This document shows, one piece after another, positions 10,392-20,900 of a stretch of DNA of 64,000 bases. The stretch is from NCBI GenBank assembly GCA_965218695.1, contig OZ244651.1, positions 1,664,001 through 1,728,000 of the forward strand. Direction: 5' to 3'. Numbering within the stretch: the first letter of the stretch is position 1; each line of letters begins with the position of its first letter. The position numbers were made by a program, and so were the translations under genes. Source of the stretch: Nitrosopumilus sp. Lineage in GTDB: Archaea > Thermoproteota > Nitrososphaeria > Nitrososphaerales > Nitrosopumilaceae. Below the pieces are notes generated by a model, which ran no database searches, was not told where the DNA came from, and saw only the letters and a list, made by a program, of their open reading frames with translations.

Positions 10392-10892
10392 GTGATGATT
10401 TCCGACTGGTTCCAGAGGGTGGGAAGTTCCGTTCCCAGGGGATTCTCACGATACTATGTCTTGGAACTGCTCAAGACAAAACCGCACACCGGAAAGGAGA
10501 TAATCGACCACGCAGCAGAGCAGAGCAGCGGGATGTGGAAGCCCTCGCCGGGACTTGTCTATCCGCTGCTAGGCAGGCTGCTTGAGGAGGGACTGATAGA
10601 GGAGACGCCTGACGGAAGATACCAGATTACGGCAAGGGGCACGGAGACTGCAGGAGACATAGACAAGATAAACGATACTGTCAGGAGGCAGCTTGACGTG
10701 CTGCTGAGGCTGGGAAACGTTGGAAGGTTTGTGGCAATGGATCTTCTTGAGAGGATATCAATGATGGGAACGGTTCTAAGCGCCAACATGGAAAGCATTA
10801 CTGACGAGGAGAAGGAGAGGTACAGGGAATTCCTCAGGGACGAGCTTGACAAGATTGACGGCAAGGATGCAAAGGAGATCAAGGTAGAGTAG
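10392..10892 (+). CDS. PadR-family transcriptional regulator
   Basis: WKPSPGLVYPLLGRLLEEGLI...YQITARG winged helix. Confidence 0.9.
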   Translation: MMISDWFQRVGSSVPRGFSRYYVLELLKTKPHTGKEIIDHAAEQSSGMWKPSPGLVYPLLGRLLEEGLIEETPDGRYQITARGTETAGDIDKINDTVRRQLDVLLRLGNVGRFVAMDLLERISMMGTVLSANMESITDEEKERYREFLRDELDKIDGKDAKEIKVE

Positions 10893-11174
10893 ACGGTCCA
10901 TTTTTCGACGGGCGCTGTCTTCATACTGCGCCGTTCACCAGTTCTTGTGGATAGAAAGATCCTGGTGGCCGTAACAATTGCAATTCTTGCAGTATTGGTG
11001 ATAGATGTGATGACCTCGATGCTTCGGTCTGAAGAGGCAGGCATGCCGGCAGAAACCGGCATGGAGGAGGGAATGCCGGAGACATCCTTGCCGCAGCCGT
11101 AAGCCTCTGCCTGGAAACCATGCAGCCAAGATATGCCCTTAAAGTCATAAATAACTCCATGGCAAACCCAATCT

Positions 11175-12035
11175 GTGAAAACCCTGCGCAGGATGCTCAA
11201 AGGTGACGGGCCGCTGGTCATTCCGGGCGTATATGATGCAATGGGTGCAAAGATTGCAGAGAAGGTCGGATTTGAGGCGATGTTCCAGACCGGGTACGGC
11301 ACGTCTGCAACCCTGTTTGGAATGCCAGACTACGGGTTCATCGGGGCAGCAGAGACTGCAGACAATGCCAGGAGGATATGCAACGCAGTCTCGGTTCCGG
11401 TAATCGTGGATTCGGATACCGGCTACGGGAATGCGCTGAGCGTGTGGAAGCTTGTAAGGGAACTAGAGTCGGCCGGGGCGTCGGGGATTTTTTTGGAGGA
11501 TCAGAGATGGCCCAAGAGATGCGGGCACATGCAGGGAAAGGAGGTCATATCGCAAGAGGAGTACACAGAGAAGCTTGGGGCTGCAATCGATGCAAGGCAG
11601 AGCAGGGACTTTGTCATAGTGGCAAGGACGGATGCAAGGGCGACTGACGGGCTTGATGCTGCAATCCAGCGCGGCCTGGAAAACAAAAAGACAGGCGCCG
11701 ATGCCATCTTCATAGAGGCGCCAAGGTCATACGAGGAGATGCAGAGGATAGGGAGGGAGATCAAGGCGCCGCTTGTCGCAAACATGATTGAGGGAGGGGC
11801 GACGCCGCTGCGGCCGGCCCAGGAACTCTCCGATATCGGATTCAAGATAATACTGTACCCGCTGTCCGTGCTGTTTGCAAGCACGTTTGCTGCCATGGGC
11901 GTCCTAAAGGAGCTCATGGAGACGGGGACCACCGGAAGGTTCAGGAGAAGAATGGTAGGCTTTGACCAGTTCAACGACATGGTGGATCTTTCAAAGTTCA
12001 AGGACATGGAGCAGAGATACGGATTTAAAGAATAA
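11175..12035 (+). CDS. isocitrate lyase/PEP mutase family protein (methylisocitrate lyase-like)
   Basis: DSDTGYG, EDQRWPKRCGH, ARTDA motifs. Confidence 0.92.
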   Translation: MKTLRRMLKGDGPLVIPGVYDAMGAKIAEKVGFEAMFQTGYGTSATLFGMPDYGFIGAAETADNARRICNAVSVPVIVDSDTGYGNALSVWKLVRELESAGASGIFLEDQRWPKRCGHMQGKEVISQEEYTEKLGAAIDARQSRDFVIVARTDARATDGLDAAIQRGLENKKTGADAIFIEAPRSYEEMQRIGREIKAPLVANMIEGGATPLRPAQELSDIGFKIILYPLSVLFASTFAAMGVLKELMETGTTGRFRRRMVGFDQFNDMVDLSKFKDMEQRYGFKE

Positions 12036-12057
12036 AAGAAAAAGTTTCAAGAAACGC

Positions 12058-12348
12058 TTATGCTGTTGTGTTTCTCTTCACTTCGATCTCGATTGTTGAA
12101 ACATTTCTGTTTTTGCCGTCTTGTGACTCGAGGGACTCTGAGCCGATCTTGATATCACCGATGGTGTATCCTGCGTTCTCTGTCTTTCTTGCAATGATTT
12201 GGGCTACATCTACAGCTCTACCAATGCTGAGTCCCCTAGCCTTGATGTTCACGGCAGGTAAGCTTGCCAGTTGGATCAACGTGGATGTCACGTATGCCAT
12301 CAACGGTTTCTTACCAATGAATATGGTGTCTCTTGCTTCGGTTGACAT
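12058..12348 (-). CDS. albA: DNA/RNA-binding protein Alba
   Basis: IFIGKKPLMAYV, IKARGLSIGRAVDVA, VSTIEI. Confidence 0.95.
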   Translation of the reverse strand: MSTEARDTIFIGKKPLMAYVTSTLIQLASLPAVNIKARGLSIGRAVDVAQIIARKTENAGYTIGDIKIGSESLESQDGKNRNVSTIEIEVKRNTTA

Positions 12349-12458
12349 GCAAAATTTGATATTAAACGATAATTTAAAGCTAGAAGCATTGCCACAGATT
12401 AACGGACGCGTACAGGATAGGATATGTACCCCCCAGGGTCAGACAGCCCTGAGAAGAG

Positions 12459-13007
12459 GTGTCTGGTGAGGGTTTGAGCGTCTCAAAAATTCTCAGGTCA
12501 GGCAGGAGCGCAGAGAAGATCAGGATCCTGCAGACAATCAGTTCAATCTGCGACATGGAGGTTCTAGAGGAGATAGTCTCGAGGCTTGACGACGAGGACA
12601 TTCAGGTAAGGGGCGAGGCCTTTGGCCTTCTGGTGCTCAACGACGGGGACATTACAGACCTTCTGGCAAGGAGCATGGGATCGCCGAGCAGAAACATCAG
12701 GGGGTTTGTGGCACTCGTGCTGGCAAACAGGAATGAGCAGTCTGCAATACCAGAGATAGCCAGGCTGGCCGACGACGAGTCGTCCATGGTAAGATCCTGC
12801 GCAATCGGAGCCCTGGGTCACCTGAAGGCCAGAGATGCAGCAGATGTCTTTGTCAGGGCACTTGAAGATGCCAGCCAAGAGGTAAGGAAGAGCGCGCTGT
12901 TTGCGGTGATTGGCATGAACATCCCAGTATCCGAAGAGAGGATGCAGGCTGTTCTCAGGGACGGCGATATGGAGACTACCAAGATGCTCTCTCGCTTGAA
13001 GATATAG
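12459..13007 (+). CDS. HEAT-repeat protein
   Basis: Repeated L.D.....VR..A..AL helices. Confidence 0.85.
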   Translation: MSGEGLSVSKILRSGRSAEKIRILQTISSICDMEVLEEIVSRLDDEDIQVRGEAFGLLVLNDGDITDLLARSMGSPSRNIRGFVALVLANRNEQSAIPEIARLADDESSMVRSCAIGALGHLKARDAADVFVRALEDASQEVRKSALFAVIGMNIPVSEERMQAVLRDGDMETTKMLSRLKI

Positions 13008-13081
13008 TGGACCGGAAGGGATTTGAACCCTTGATCCGATGCATGCCATGCACCTATCCTACCAGACTAGACGACCGGCCC
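13008..13081 (-). tRNA. tRNA-Ala(GGC)
   Basis: Minus strand GGGCCGG...GGTGC-ATGGCAT-GCATC...GGTTCAAATCC-CTTCCGGTCCA folds as a cloverleaf. Confidence 0.92.
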
Positions 13082-13271
13082 AAGAATCAGAATTCTGACT
13101 TGGTAATGGTCTCAGTGTTGGGTATTAACGTTTAGCGGTTGGTTGGCAACATCTGCACATGCAGGCCAGACCTGTAAGAGCAGACCATGCAGGGGGCGTG
13201 CATGCGTGACTGGAATACACAATTCTAGTCCGACATAATATATTTAACCATGAGAAGAAGACTGATCAGTT

Positions 13272-14117
13272 GTGGTTGTAGATAATAAAGGAACTGTTAC
13301 GTACGTTCATTTGTTGAAGGAGGATCTTGTAATTATCAGGATGGTGCCAGACGACGGTCCGGTGCCAAACTACAAGCCGGGCCAGTTCATCACGCTGGGA
13401 CTACCAAACCCCGTGGAAGGCGGAAAGATTGTCAGGCGGGCATACTCCATTGCATCGCATCCGGAGAACAGGGACTACATCGAACTTGTAATCAGGTGGG
13501 TAAGAAAACCTCTCCCCGGAAGGCTAACCACCCAGTTATTCAACATAAAGGAGGGCGACGAGATCCTCTGGCTCAAGCCCACCGGCAGGGCGCTGCTGAT
13601 CAACGACGAGCTTCCAAACGGAGAAAAGGACAACAGAAGGATAATATGCATTGGGGGAGGCACCGGGCTTGCACCGTTTGTCAGTTTTGCACAACACCTT
13701 CACCATGCCCAGGACAAGAGGGAGATCATAGTTCTTCACGGCGCAAGCTATCTTGACGAGCTGGCCTACAAGGACGTCCTGACGCGTCTTGAATACGACA
13801 GCATCAAAAGGGGCAAGGACGAGTGGAACTTTAGGTACAGGGCCTCAGTCAGCAGGCCGCAGGAGTGGTTCAACAGATCATGGACAGGCCAGATAGGCAG
13901 GGTCGAGACGTTTTTGAGGCCCAAGGAGGGCGGAATGTCCCCGCTTGAGGAGATGCTCGGCGAGAAGGTAACGAGGGAGAATACCATATTTTACGTCTGC
14001 GGCTGGCAGGGAACCATCGACGGGGTGATGGACTTTCTAAAGCCGATGGGCTTTGTAACAGAGCATAACAAGCGCGAGGACAAAAGCTTTGAAGTCAAGT
14101 ACGAGTCGTATGGGTAG
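13272..14117 (+). CDS. ferredoxin--NADP reductase
   Basis: RRAYSIAS, GGGTGLAPF, FYVCG, terminal ESYG. Confidence 0.92.
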   Translation: MVVDNKGTVTYVHLLKEDLVIIRMVPDDGPVPNYKPGQFITLGLPNPVEGGKIVRRAYSIASHPENRDYIELVIRWVRKPLPGRLTTQLFNIKEGDEILWLKPTGRALLINDELPNGEKDNRRIICIGGGTGLAPFVSFAQHLHHAQDKREIIVLHGASYLDELAYKDVLTRLEYDSIKRGKDEWNFRYRASVSRPQEWFNRSWTGQIGRVETFLRPKEGGMSPLEEMLGEKVTRENTIFYVCGWQGTIDGVMDFLKPMGFVTEHNKREDKSFEVKYESYG

Positions 14118-14206
14118 TAGTAGTAGTAATAATAATAACAGTCGTATTGGTGGTAACAGTCCCATGGACAGATACCAACACTCCACAGTACCCGTTTAGC
14201 CGGTGC

Positions 14207-14812
14207 ATGTTGACTACCGCGCTATACCTTGCACACCTGAATCCGGTAACCAACGCCCATGTCAGGATAATCTCGGAACTGCAGGCAGACGCAGGCACGG
14301 TCAAGGTCATGCCGGTGGTGTTCAGGGATGGGGACAGGGAGATCAACACCAGGAGCTTTCCGTTCAGCTTTGAGACAAGAAGCAGGATGCTGCAGTCCGT
14401 CTTTGGGAATTCCATAGAGATCACCGACGACTATGCCTTCCACGCACCGTTCAAAAGATACATGCCGCCGCTGTTCTCCCCGAGATCGTGGCAGCTGAGA
14501 AGGCAGATTCTCAGCGGGGTCAGCGGGGATTTCTTTTCATACACGGGAGACAAGGCCGAGGGGTACATGCTCAAAATGTACAGGCTGAGGCCCAAGACCG
14601 GCCAGAGAAAGCCGCTCTCTGCAACGTCAGTCAAGGAGGGACTGTACGAGGCGGCCCTTGGAGGGGATTCCGGGTGGAAGGGTGACGTCCCGGAGAGCAT
14701 CACAAAGATAATCGAGGATGACTGGGAGACTGTGAAGATGTTTGCAGGCATGCCTGATGCCACCACCAGGGTTGCGGGAATGAAGTTCCCCAAGGACGGA
14801 TGGTCAAGATAA
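14207..14812 (+). CDS. nucleotidyltransferase-like (HIGH-type fold) protein
   Basis: LYLAHLNPVTNAH resembles FxPxHxGH; PFSFETR and LSATSVK motifs. Confidence 0.65.
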   Translation: MLTTALYLAHLNPVTNAHVRIISELQADAGTVKVMPVVFRDGDREINTRSFPFSFETRSRMLQSVFGNSIEITDDYAFHAPFKRYMPPLFSPRSWQLRRQILSGVSGDFFSYTGDKAEGYMLKMYRLRPKTGQRKPLSATSVKEGLYEAALGGDSGWKGDVPESITKIIEDDWETVKMFAGMPDATTRVAGMKFPKDGWSR

Positions 14813-14922
14813 GCGCATGTCAGTCCCACCTGACGGCAGCGGATCCGGTCAGGCATGGCCGCCGCTACAGGGAATCCGCAAAATGACTAGAAGTTAATAT
14901 ACGGATCTGGTGCAATTGCCCC

Positions 14923-15840
14923 ATGACAGTGTCGTTTTCAAGGTATGCATGGCTGGACCAGAGATACGTCCTGACAAAGGATGCCGGCATTCCCATAACC
15001 ACGCACGCCATCCACTACGGAACCTCCGTCTTTGAGGGAATAAGGGCGTACTGGAACGATGCAAGCCTCAACGTGTTCAGGCTTGATGCCCACATAGCCA
15101 GGTTCAGGAGATCCGGTCAATTCTACGGCATGCCCCTGAGGTTTTCGGATGCAGAGGTTGCAGGAGCCATCACCGAGACCTGCAAAAAGAACAGGATCAG
15201 GGAGTCGTGCTACATCAAGCCGTTTTACTTTGTGGGGGAGTACGGAATCAACCTTCACATTACCGACAGGACCCCCACAAGCATGGGAATAATCACATTT
15301 CCGTTCGGGGAGATATTTGACGGGAACGGGATCTCGGCTGCGGTGGTCTCGTGGAGAAAGTTCTCAGGCATGTCAACGCCTGCACAGTCAAAGATCAGCG
15401 GAAACTATCTCAACTCAGTCATTGCAACCAACGAGGCAAGGGAACGCGGGGCAGACGAGGCGATCCTGCTTGACCACCACGGAAACGTAAGCGAGGCTGC
15501 AGGGGAGAACGTCTTCATTGTAAGTGACGGCCAGCTCGTCACGCCGTCGCAGGCATCAGGCCCGCTCGAGGGGATCACTATGGATACCGTAATCAGAATC
15601 GCAGGGGACATGGGCGTCGATGTCATCCAGAGGAGGATTACGCGGGACGAGCTGTCAATGGCAGAGGAGATCTTCCTTACCGGAACCGCAGCAGAGATAA
15701 CCCCGGTCACGTCAGTCGACTCCGTGACGATAGGACGAGGCACGCCGGGAGACATGACATGCAAGATCAAGGGCATGTACGCAGACATTGTAATGGGCAG
15801 GAATCCGGACTACTCCCACTGGCTGACCGGGGTATACTAG
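14923..15840 (+). CDS. ilvE: branched-chain amino acid aminotransferase
   Basis: HYGTSVFEGIRAY, KISGNY, EAAGENVF, LEGIT, EIFLTGTAAEI. Confidence 0.94.
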   Translation: MTVSFSRYAWLDQRYVLTKDAGIPITTHAIHYGTSVFEGIRAYWNDASLNVFRLDAHIARFRRSGQFYGMPLRFSDAEVAGAITETCKKNRIRESCYIKPFYFVGEYGINLHITDRTPTSMGIITFPFGEIFDGNGISAAVVSWRKFSGMSTPAQSKISGNYLNSVIATNEARERGADEAILLDHHGNVSEAAGENVFIVSDGQLVTPSQASGPLEGITMDTVIRIAGDMGVDVIQRRITRDELSMAEEIFLTGTAAEITPVTSVDSVTIGRGTPGDMTCKIKGMYADIVMGRNPDYSHWLTGVY

Positions 15841-16782
15841 ATGATGAGGGTAGTACAGATAGGGGTCGGCGGATGGGGCAGGAACCACTCCAGGATTCTC
15901 TCACAGCTAGGCGTGCTTGGCGCAGTGTGCGATGCTGACCCTGCACGCAGCAAAGAGTACGGAGAGAGATACTCTGTAAACCACTACCGGTCAGTCGATG
16001 AGATGCTGGCAGCAGAAGAGGAGTTTGACGGGGCCTTTGTAGTCACGCCCACCAGAACGCACGCAGACATTACGCAGAGGCTGCTGGAGGCAAAAAAACA
16101 CGTCTTTGTGGAAAAGCCCCTCACGCATACAGCAGAGGACGGGGAGAGGCTTGCATTGCTTGCAGAGAGAAACAGGGTAGTCCTGACATGCGGCTACATC
16201 GAGAGGTTCAACCCCGCAGTGCGCAGGGTAAAGGAGATTGTAACGGACAGGACATACGGGGATCTCATCATGCTGGAGTTTCACCGCGGGAACAGGATTC
16301 CCCTCCACATCAAGGACGTGGGCATCATCCACGACACTGCCACGCATGACATCGATACTGCAAACTGGCTGTTTGGCCGGATGCCGCACGTGGTCTTTGC
16401 AAGGGCAGGCAGCATAAGGCACGAGCACGAGGACTTTTCAAGCATAATGCTTGGGTACGAAGACCAAAAGATTGCCATGATATCGTCAAACTGGATCACC
16501 CCAAAGAAGATCAGAAAGTTTGACGCAGTGTGTACCGACGCGGTGATATCCTCTGACTTTATAACGCAAAAGATAACAGTGGAGGAGCAGGACAGCACCG
16601 TCACGATAGACAACGTAAAGCAGGAGCCGCTCCTGCTAGAGATTCAGAGCTTTCTTGGCGCAATGGAGGGCAGGAACAGGCATCCCGTAATGGCCTCAGA
16701 GGCAGTCAACATCACAAGGATTGCCGAAGCGGCACTTTTATCTAGCCAGAAGGGGATCCCAATCTATCTGGATTTGAGATGA
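15841..16782 (+). CDS. Gfo/Idh/MocA oxidoreductase
   Basis: IGVGGWG, HVFVEKP, ERFNP, HDID. Confidence 0.92.
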   Translation: MMRVVQIGVGGWGRNHSRILSQLGVLGAVCDADPARSKEYGERYSVNHYRSVDEMLAAEEEFDGAFVVTPTRTHADITQRLLEAKKHVFVEKPLTHTAEDGERLALLAERNRVVLTCGYIERFNPAVRRVKEIVTDRTYGDLIMLEFHRGNRIPLHIKDVGIIHDTATHDIDTANWLFGRMPHVVFARAGSIRHEHEDFSSIMLGYEDQKIAMISSNWITPKKIRKFDAVCTDAVISSDFITQKITVEEQDSTVTIDNVKQEPLLLEIQSFLGAMEGRNRHPVMASEAVNITRIAEAALLSSQKGIPIYLDLR

Positions 16783-17057
16783 ACAGGACAATGATGGACA
16801 TTCTGGCGTGCCCAAACGACAAGAGCTACCCGCTGGAACTGTTCGTGATTAAGGAGGGGAAGGGGGAGGACGGCAGGGTCTCGGAGGGGGCCCTGTACTG
16901 TCAGGAGTGCTCCAGGTTCTACCCCATAATAGATGAGATTCCCATCATGCTCCCAGACGAACTGAGAGACAGGGAGCAGGAGGTGGGCTTCCTGCAGGAG
17001 CACAAGGACAACCTGCCTGAAAAGATTATTAGATCGGCAGGCCCATGGCACCTTTAG
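16779..17057 (+). CDS. Trm112-family protein
   Basis: ILACP...LYCQEC.RFYPIIDEIPIMLPD. Confidence 0.9.
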   Translation: MNRTMMDILACPNDKSYPLELFVIKEGKGEDGRVSEGALYCQECSRFYPIIDEIPIMLPDELRDREQEVGFLQEHKDNLPEKIIRSAGPWHL

Positions 17058-17058
17058 G

Positions 17059-17541
17059 TTGGTTGTTGTTAACTTTGTATCCGAGTCGGCAAAGATCGGC
17101 AAAAATGTCAAGATATGGCACTTTGCATACGTTGGCGATGACGTGGAGATTGGCGACAACGTCAAGATAGGATCGCTTGTCCACCTAGACTATGGCGCAA
17201 AGGTCGGGGAGGGCACAAAGATAGAGGGAAACGCGCACATCTCGTACCTCTCCAGAATAGGAAAGAACGTCTTCATAGGGCCCTCTGTCACCACCACCAA
17301 CGATCCCTACCCGATGTCTGACAGGCTTGCAGGAATCACAATAAAGGACAACGCCGTGATTGGCGCAAATGCAACCCTCATGGCAGGGATAACCATAGGC
17401 CGGGACAGCGTGGTCGCGATGGGATCGGTGGTGACAAGGAGCGTCCCGGACGGCGTGGTCGTCATGGGGGTGCCTGCAACCATAAGGTACACCAGGGCAG
17501 AGTACGAAAAGAAGAGAAAGGCGTGGATGGAGGGCAGCTAG
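17059..17541 (+). CDS. hexapeptide-repeat N-acetyltransferase
   Basis: Left-handed beta-helix repeats, TTTNDPYP, GVPA. Confidence 0.9.
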   Translation: MVVVNFVSESAKIGKNVKIWHFAYVGDDVEIGDNVKIGSLVHLDYGAKVGEGTKIEGNAHISYLSRIGKNVFIGPSVTTTNDPYPMSDRLAGITIKDNAVIGANATLMAGITIGRDSVVAMGSVVTRSVPDGVVVMGVPATIRYTRAEYEKKRKAWMEGS

Positions 17542-17756
17542 TACCGTATCCGCCTCCCAAGCACCCAGTTCTTCATGCGCGACAGCACCAGCACCCACAC
17601 CACCACCATGCCTATTGCCACTGCGCCCTTTAGGGCAGACGTGAACAGCGGGTCGACGCCCTCAAGGTGCAGCGGTCCCAGCACAAGCACCGCGATTCCC
17701 CCTCCCCCGAGGATCAGCAGCCACATTACTACCAGCATGACGTATATGGACTTCAC
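17538..17756 (-). CDS. small two-helix membrane protein
   Basis: GTG start overlaps the upstream stop; two hydrophobic segments. Confidence 0.6.
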   Translation of the reverse strand: MKSIYVMLVVMWLLILGGGGIAVLVLGPLHLEGVDPLFTSALKGAVAIGMVVVWVLVLSRMKNWVLGRRIRY

Positions 17757-18742
17757 TGGAACACACCTGCCAGAACAGCTGTGGCCACTGCAAGGCCCCC
17801 CGAGAAGGCGGCAAGCCTGAAGATCGCCATGGCCGCCTGCCGTTCTGACAGCGGCCCCCATGTCAGGATCAGTCTCGTCAGGCTCTTCGGGGCGGTCTTG
17901 TCGCCCGTGTCCCGGAGCAGCAGGTCGTCGGTCACCTCCACCGGATTTCCCGGGACCTTCCGGTACTCGACTATCCGCCTTGTGCTGGACAGGAAGAGAA
18001 AGGAGTTGAATATGGCAGGGAGCAGCGCGACTGCGGCTATGACCTCGACTCCCCCGACTATCGCGATTGCGCCGTACATGGCACCGAACGCCAGCGCTCC
18101 CGAATCCCCGGGGAATATGCTGCTTGGGATCTTGTGGTACCTGTAGAATGCCAGCGCCACAAATCCCAGCGGCAGGCTGACCAGCGCCATCTCAAAGTTC
18201 TGCAGTATGAAGAGGCAGAGCGAGAGCGAAAATCCCGCAATAACCATGAACCCGCTTGCGGCGCCGTTCATGACATCGATGGAGTTTATCGTGTTGCCGG
18301 TTACTGCGATCATGATGGGTATTATCCCCAGGTACAGTATTGGAATCCTCACCTCCCCGAACAGCGGAAACGCAAGGTTCGTATCATACGTGCCGAGCAG
18401 GATTATCGGCGCTGCAGAGACCGCAAGCAGTATCGGCTTGAACCACCCGCCCATCGTCCTCCGGTCATCTACATACCCGACGGCAAACGCGGCCCCCGTG
18501 GTGGCCATCACCGCAAGGATCGCGTCAAGCTGCAAAAACGCATACAATACTGCCTCAGAGGCGATCATTCCGGCGACGATCGAGATGCCTCCGGGGCGCG
18601 CGACCATCGCGTCCTTCTTGATGACGTCCCGGACCACCATGCCCTTTTTCTCCAGGTACCGGGTCAGCGGGGGAGTCATGGCATACACTATAACGAATGC
18701 TACGATGCATGATGCCAGCGCCGGAATTACTAGATCTGCCAA
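17753..18742 (-). CDS. glycosyltransferase family 4 (UDP-GlcNAc-1-phosphate transferase, MraY/AglH-like)
   Basis: GYVDD, NTINSIDVMNG, IFPGDSG; many transmembrane segments. Confidence 0.9.
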   Translation of the reverse strand: MADLVIPALASCIVAFVIVYAMTPPLTRYLEKKGMVVRDVIKKDAMVARPGGISIVAGMIASEAVLYAFLQLDAILAVMATTGAAFAVGYVDDRRTMGGWFKPILLAVSAAPIILLGTYDTNLAFPLFGEVRIPILYLGIIPIMIAVTGNTINSIDVMNGAASGFMVIAGFSLSLCLFILQNFEMALVSLPLGFVALAFYRYHKIPSSIFPGDSGALAFGAMYGAIAIVGGVEVIAAVALLPAIFNSFLFLSSTRRIVEYRKVPGNPVEVTDDLLLRDTGDKTAPKSLTRLILTWGPLSERQAAMAIFRLAAFSGGLAVATAVLAGVFQ

Positions 18743-18746
18743 CTAC

Positions 18747-20900
18747 CTACCTGATCCTTTTCAGTTCGGACTTTATTTTGTTTGCAAGCACGGGTCCTAT
18801 CTTGTCGACTTCTGCAAGCTTTTTTGGAGTGACCTCGGAGAGATCCTTGAGGGTCCTGATCCCGCTCTTGTATAGCGCCCTTGCCCTCACCCGGCCTATC
18901 CCCCTTATGCGCACAAGGCCCACAAGCTCCTCGTTAATTCCGTTGACCACCCGGGTTCTCAGCGTGTTAACCTCCTCGAGCAGCTCGGTCCGGTCTGCAA
19001 TCTTTGAGATCTCTCCCAGGCAGTAGAGGAGCCGGTCTGCGTTCTCGACCAGCCTGTGCATGTCGCCTGACTCGATTCCCAGGCTGTCAGATATGACAAG
19101 CTCGGATGACTCTGATATCCATGAATGAAGCGCAAGCAGGCTTCGGGACACGTGATGGGCGGCAGCATCAGCAGCAGCAGCAGCTGCAGGCACGGACTCT
19201 AGCATCTGTTCGGGGTGGCTCTCAACGAGCGCCTGCGCCAGGTCATGATCCCTGCTCCTGAGGGCAAACTTTGGATAAAACTCCTCGCATTCGGTCACCA
19301 GGTGCAGGAACCCAAGCGTGTGCGTTCCCGGGGTCGTCGCGTCCCTTGCAGCCTCAAGGAGGGTCGTGGCAGTCACGGGATCAAGGTACAGCAGGGACGT
19401 CCTTCTTCCCAGCCGGGTTGCAGCATACCTGCCGCCCTTTTGTACTATCATGGAGCTGCTAGCGAGGAGCCGCAGCGATATGTTCACGCCGAACTTGACA
19501 GAGGATGTGCGGGACTGCTGCCCCCCCAGCGTCCCCATGAAAAAGTCCAAGATGTCCTCTTTCTTTATTCCCGGGTTCGTGACGATTACGCTGAGCGTGT
19601 GTATCCTCAGGGACCGGTCATCCATCATCTGGGACTCGATCGGTTCAGGCTCACCGTTGACATAGTACTCCATGAGATCCCCGTACGTGTCAGTCTCGAT
19701 CACTATGGACTCCCCGTACTCGTCGTACTGGGGCCGTCCGGCCCTTCCGCACAGCTGCTTGTACTCCAGCACGCTGATCGGCGCGTTCATGCCCGCCCTG
19801 ACGTCATACCTGCTGACACTTGATATCACCACCCTTCTTGCAGGCAGGTTGACTCCTGCAGCAAGCGTGGGAGTCGACGAGAGCAGCTTGATCGTTCCCC
19901 TTCGGAACTCGTCTTCGATCGTCTCCCTGCAGTTCTGGTTCAGTCCGGCGTGGTGGAATGCAACGCCCTTTTTGACCAGTGTGGCAAGCGTCGTTACCAG
20001 TTCGGTGTGCTCATTCTTTGACATGATGTCGCCTGACACCTTCTCAAGCCTGCCGGCGTCTGCTGCCTTGAGGGTACCCGATACTGCGTCTGCTGCCTTC
20101 GTCGCAAGGGACTTTGAGCGGATGCGCGTCGATGCAAATATCAGGGACTGCCCCCCGTCAAGCACCGACTGCACGCCAAGGTCCACCGGCGTCCCCCGCA
20201 CGCTGTGCGGAACCTCGAATGTCCGGCCGTCATTCATCGTGACCACTCCCCCGCTGTACACCCCCTCTGAGAGCGGGACCGGCCTCCAGCTGTTCTGGAC
20301 CAGCTTGCACCCTAGCCATCTTGCTATCTCTTCTGAGTTGGTGACAGTGGCGCTCAGGCCCACTATCTGGGGGTTGGTGTTCAGCCGTCTGAGCTGCGTG
20401 AGCGTCATCTCAAGGGCGGGGCCCCTTCCCCGGTCCCCTATCAGGTGCACCTCGTCAGATATTACCAGCCCTATATCCTCAAGCCAGTCCTCGCCGCGCC
20501 TTATTATGGAGTCCATCTTTTCATTGGTCAGGACCAGCACGTCGTTCTTGTCCAGGTTTCGCCGGGAGCCCTCGTAGTCACCGGTGTCCATTCCCACCCG
20601 GATGCTCCTCTCAAGGGCGACGTTCTGGAGCTCCCGAAACTCTGCAAACTTTTCTGCTGCGAGGGCGCGCAGCGGACTGAGATATACCACCTTCCCGCCG
20701 TTCCCGGAGAGGTATCCCAGCATCGCAATCATCGCAATCAGGGTCTTTCCGCTTGCCGTGGGCGCAGACACCAGGATGCTCTCCCCCTCAAGCAGGCCGG
20801 CCCTTACGCTTGCCGCCTGCGGCGGGTACAGCTCCTCAAACCCCTGCGACATGAGAAACTCGATTGCTGGGTTGGGAAGTTTCAGGTTCTCTATTTTCAT
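18747..20900 (-). CDS. hel308: Ski2-like DNA helicase Hel308
   Basis: APTASGKT, DEVH, TPTLAAGVNLP, QLCGRAGRP, C-terminal HhH. Confidence 0.93.
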   Translation of the reverse strand: MKIENLKLPNPAIEFLMSQGFEELYPPQAASVRAGLLEGESILVSAPTASGKTLIAMIAMLGYLSGNGGKVVYLSPLRALAAEKFAEFRELQNVALERSIRVGMDTGDYEGSRRNLDKNDVLVLTNEKMDSIIRRGEDWLEDIGLVISDEVHLIGDRGRGPALEMTLTQLRRLNTNPQIVGLSATVTNSEEIARWLGCKLVQNSWRPVPLSEGVYSGGVVTMNDGRTFEVPHSVRGTPVDLGVQSVLDGGQSLIFASTRIRSKSLATKAADAVSGTLKAADAGRLEKVSGDIMSKNEHTELVTTLATLVKKGVAFHHAGLNQNCRETIEDEFRRGTIKLLSSTPTLAAGVNLPARRVVISSVSRYDVRAGMNAPISVLEYKQLCGRAGRPQYDEYGESIVIETDTYGDLMEYYVNGEPEPIESQMMDDRSLRIHTLSVIVTNPGIKKEDILDFFMGTLGGQQSRTSSVKFGVNISLRLLASSSMIVQKGGRYAATRLGRRTSLLYLDPVTATTLLEAARDATTPGTHTLGFLHLVTECEEFYPKFALRSRDHDLAQALVESHPEQMLESVPAAAAAADAAAHHVSRSLLALHSWISESSELVISDSLGIESGDMHRLVENADRLLYCLGEISKIADRTELLEEVNTLRTRVVNGINEELVGLVRIRGIGRVRARALYKSGIRTLKDLSEVTPKKLAEVDKIGPVLANKIKSELKRIR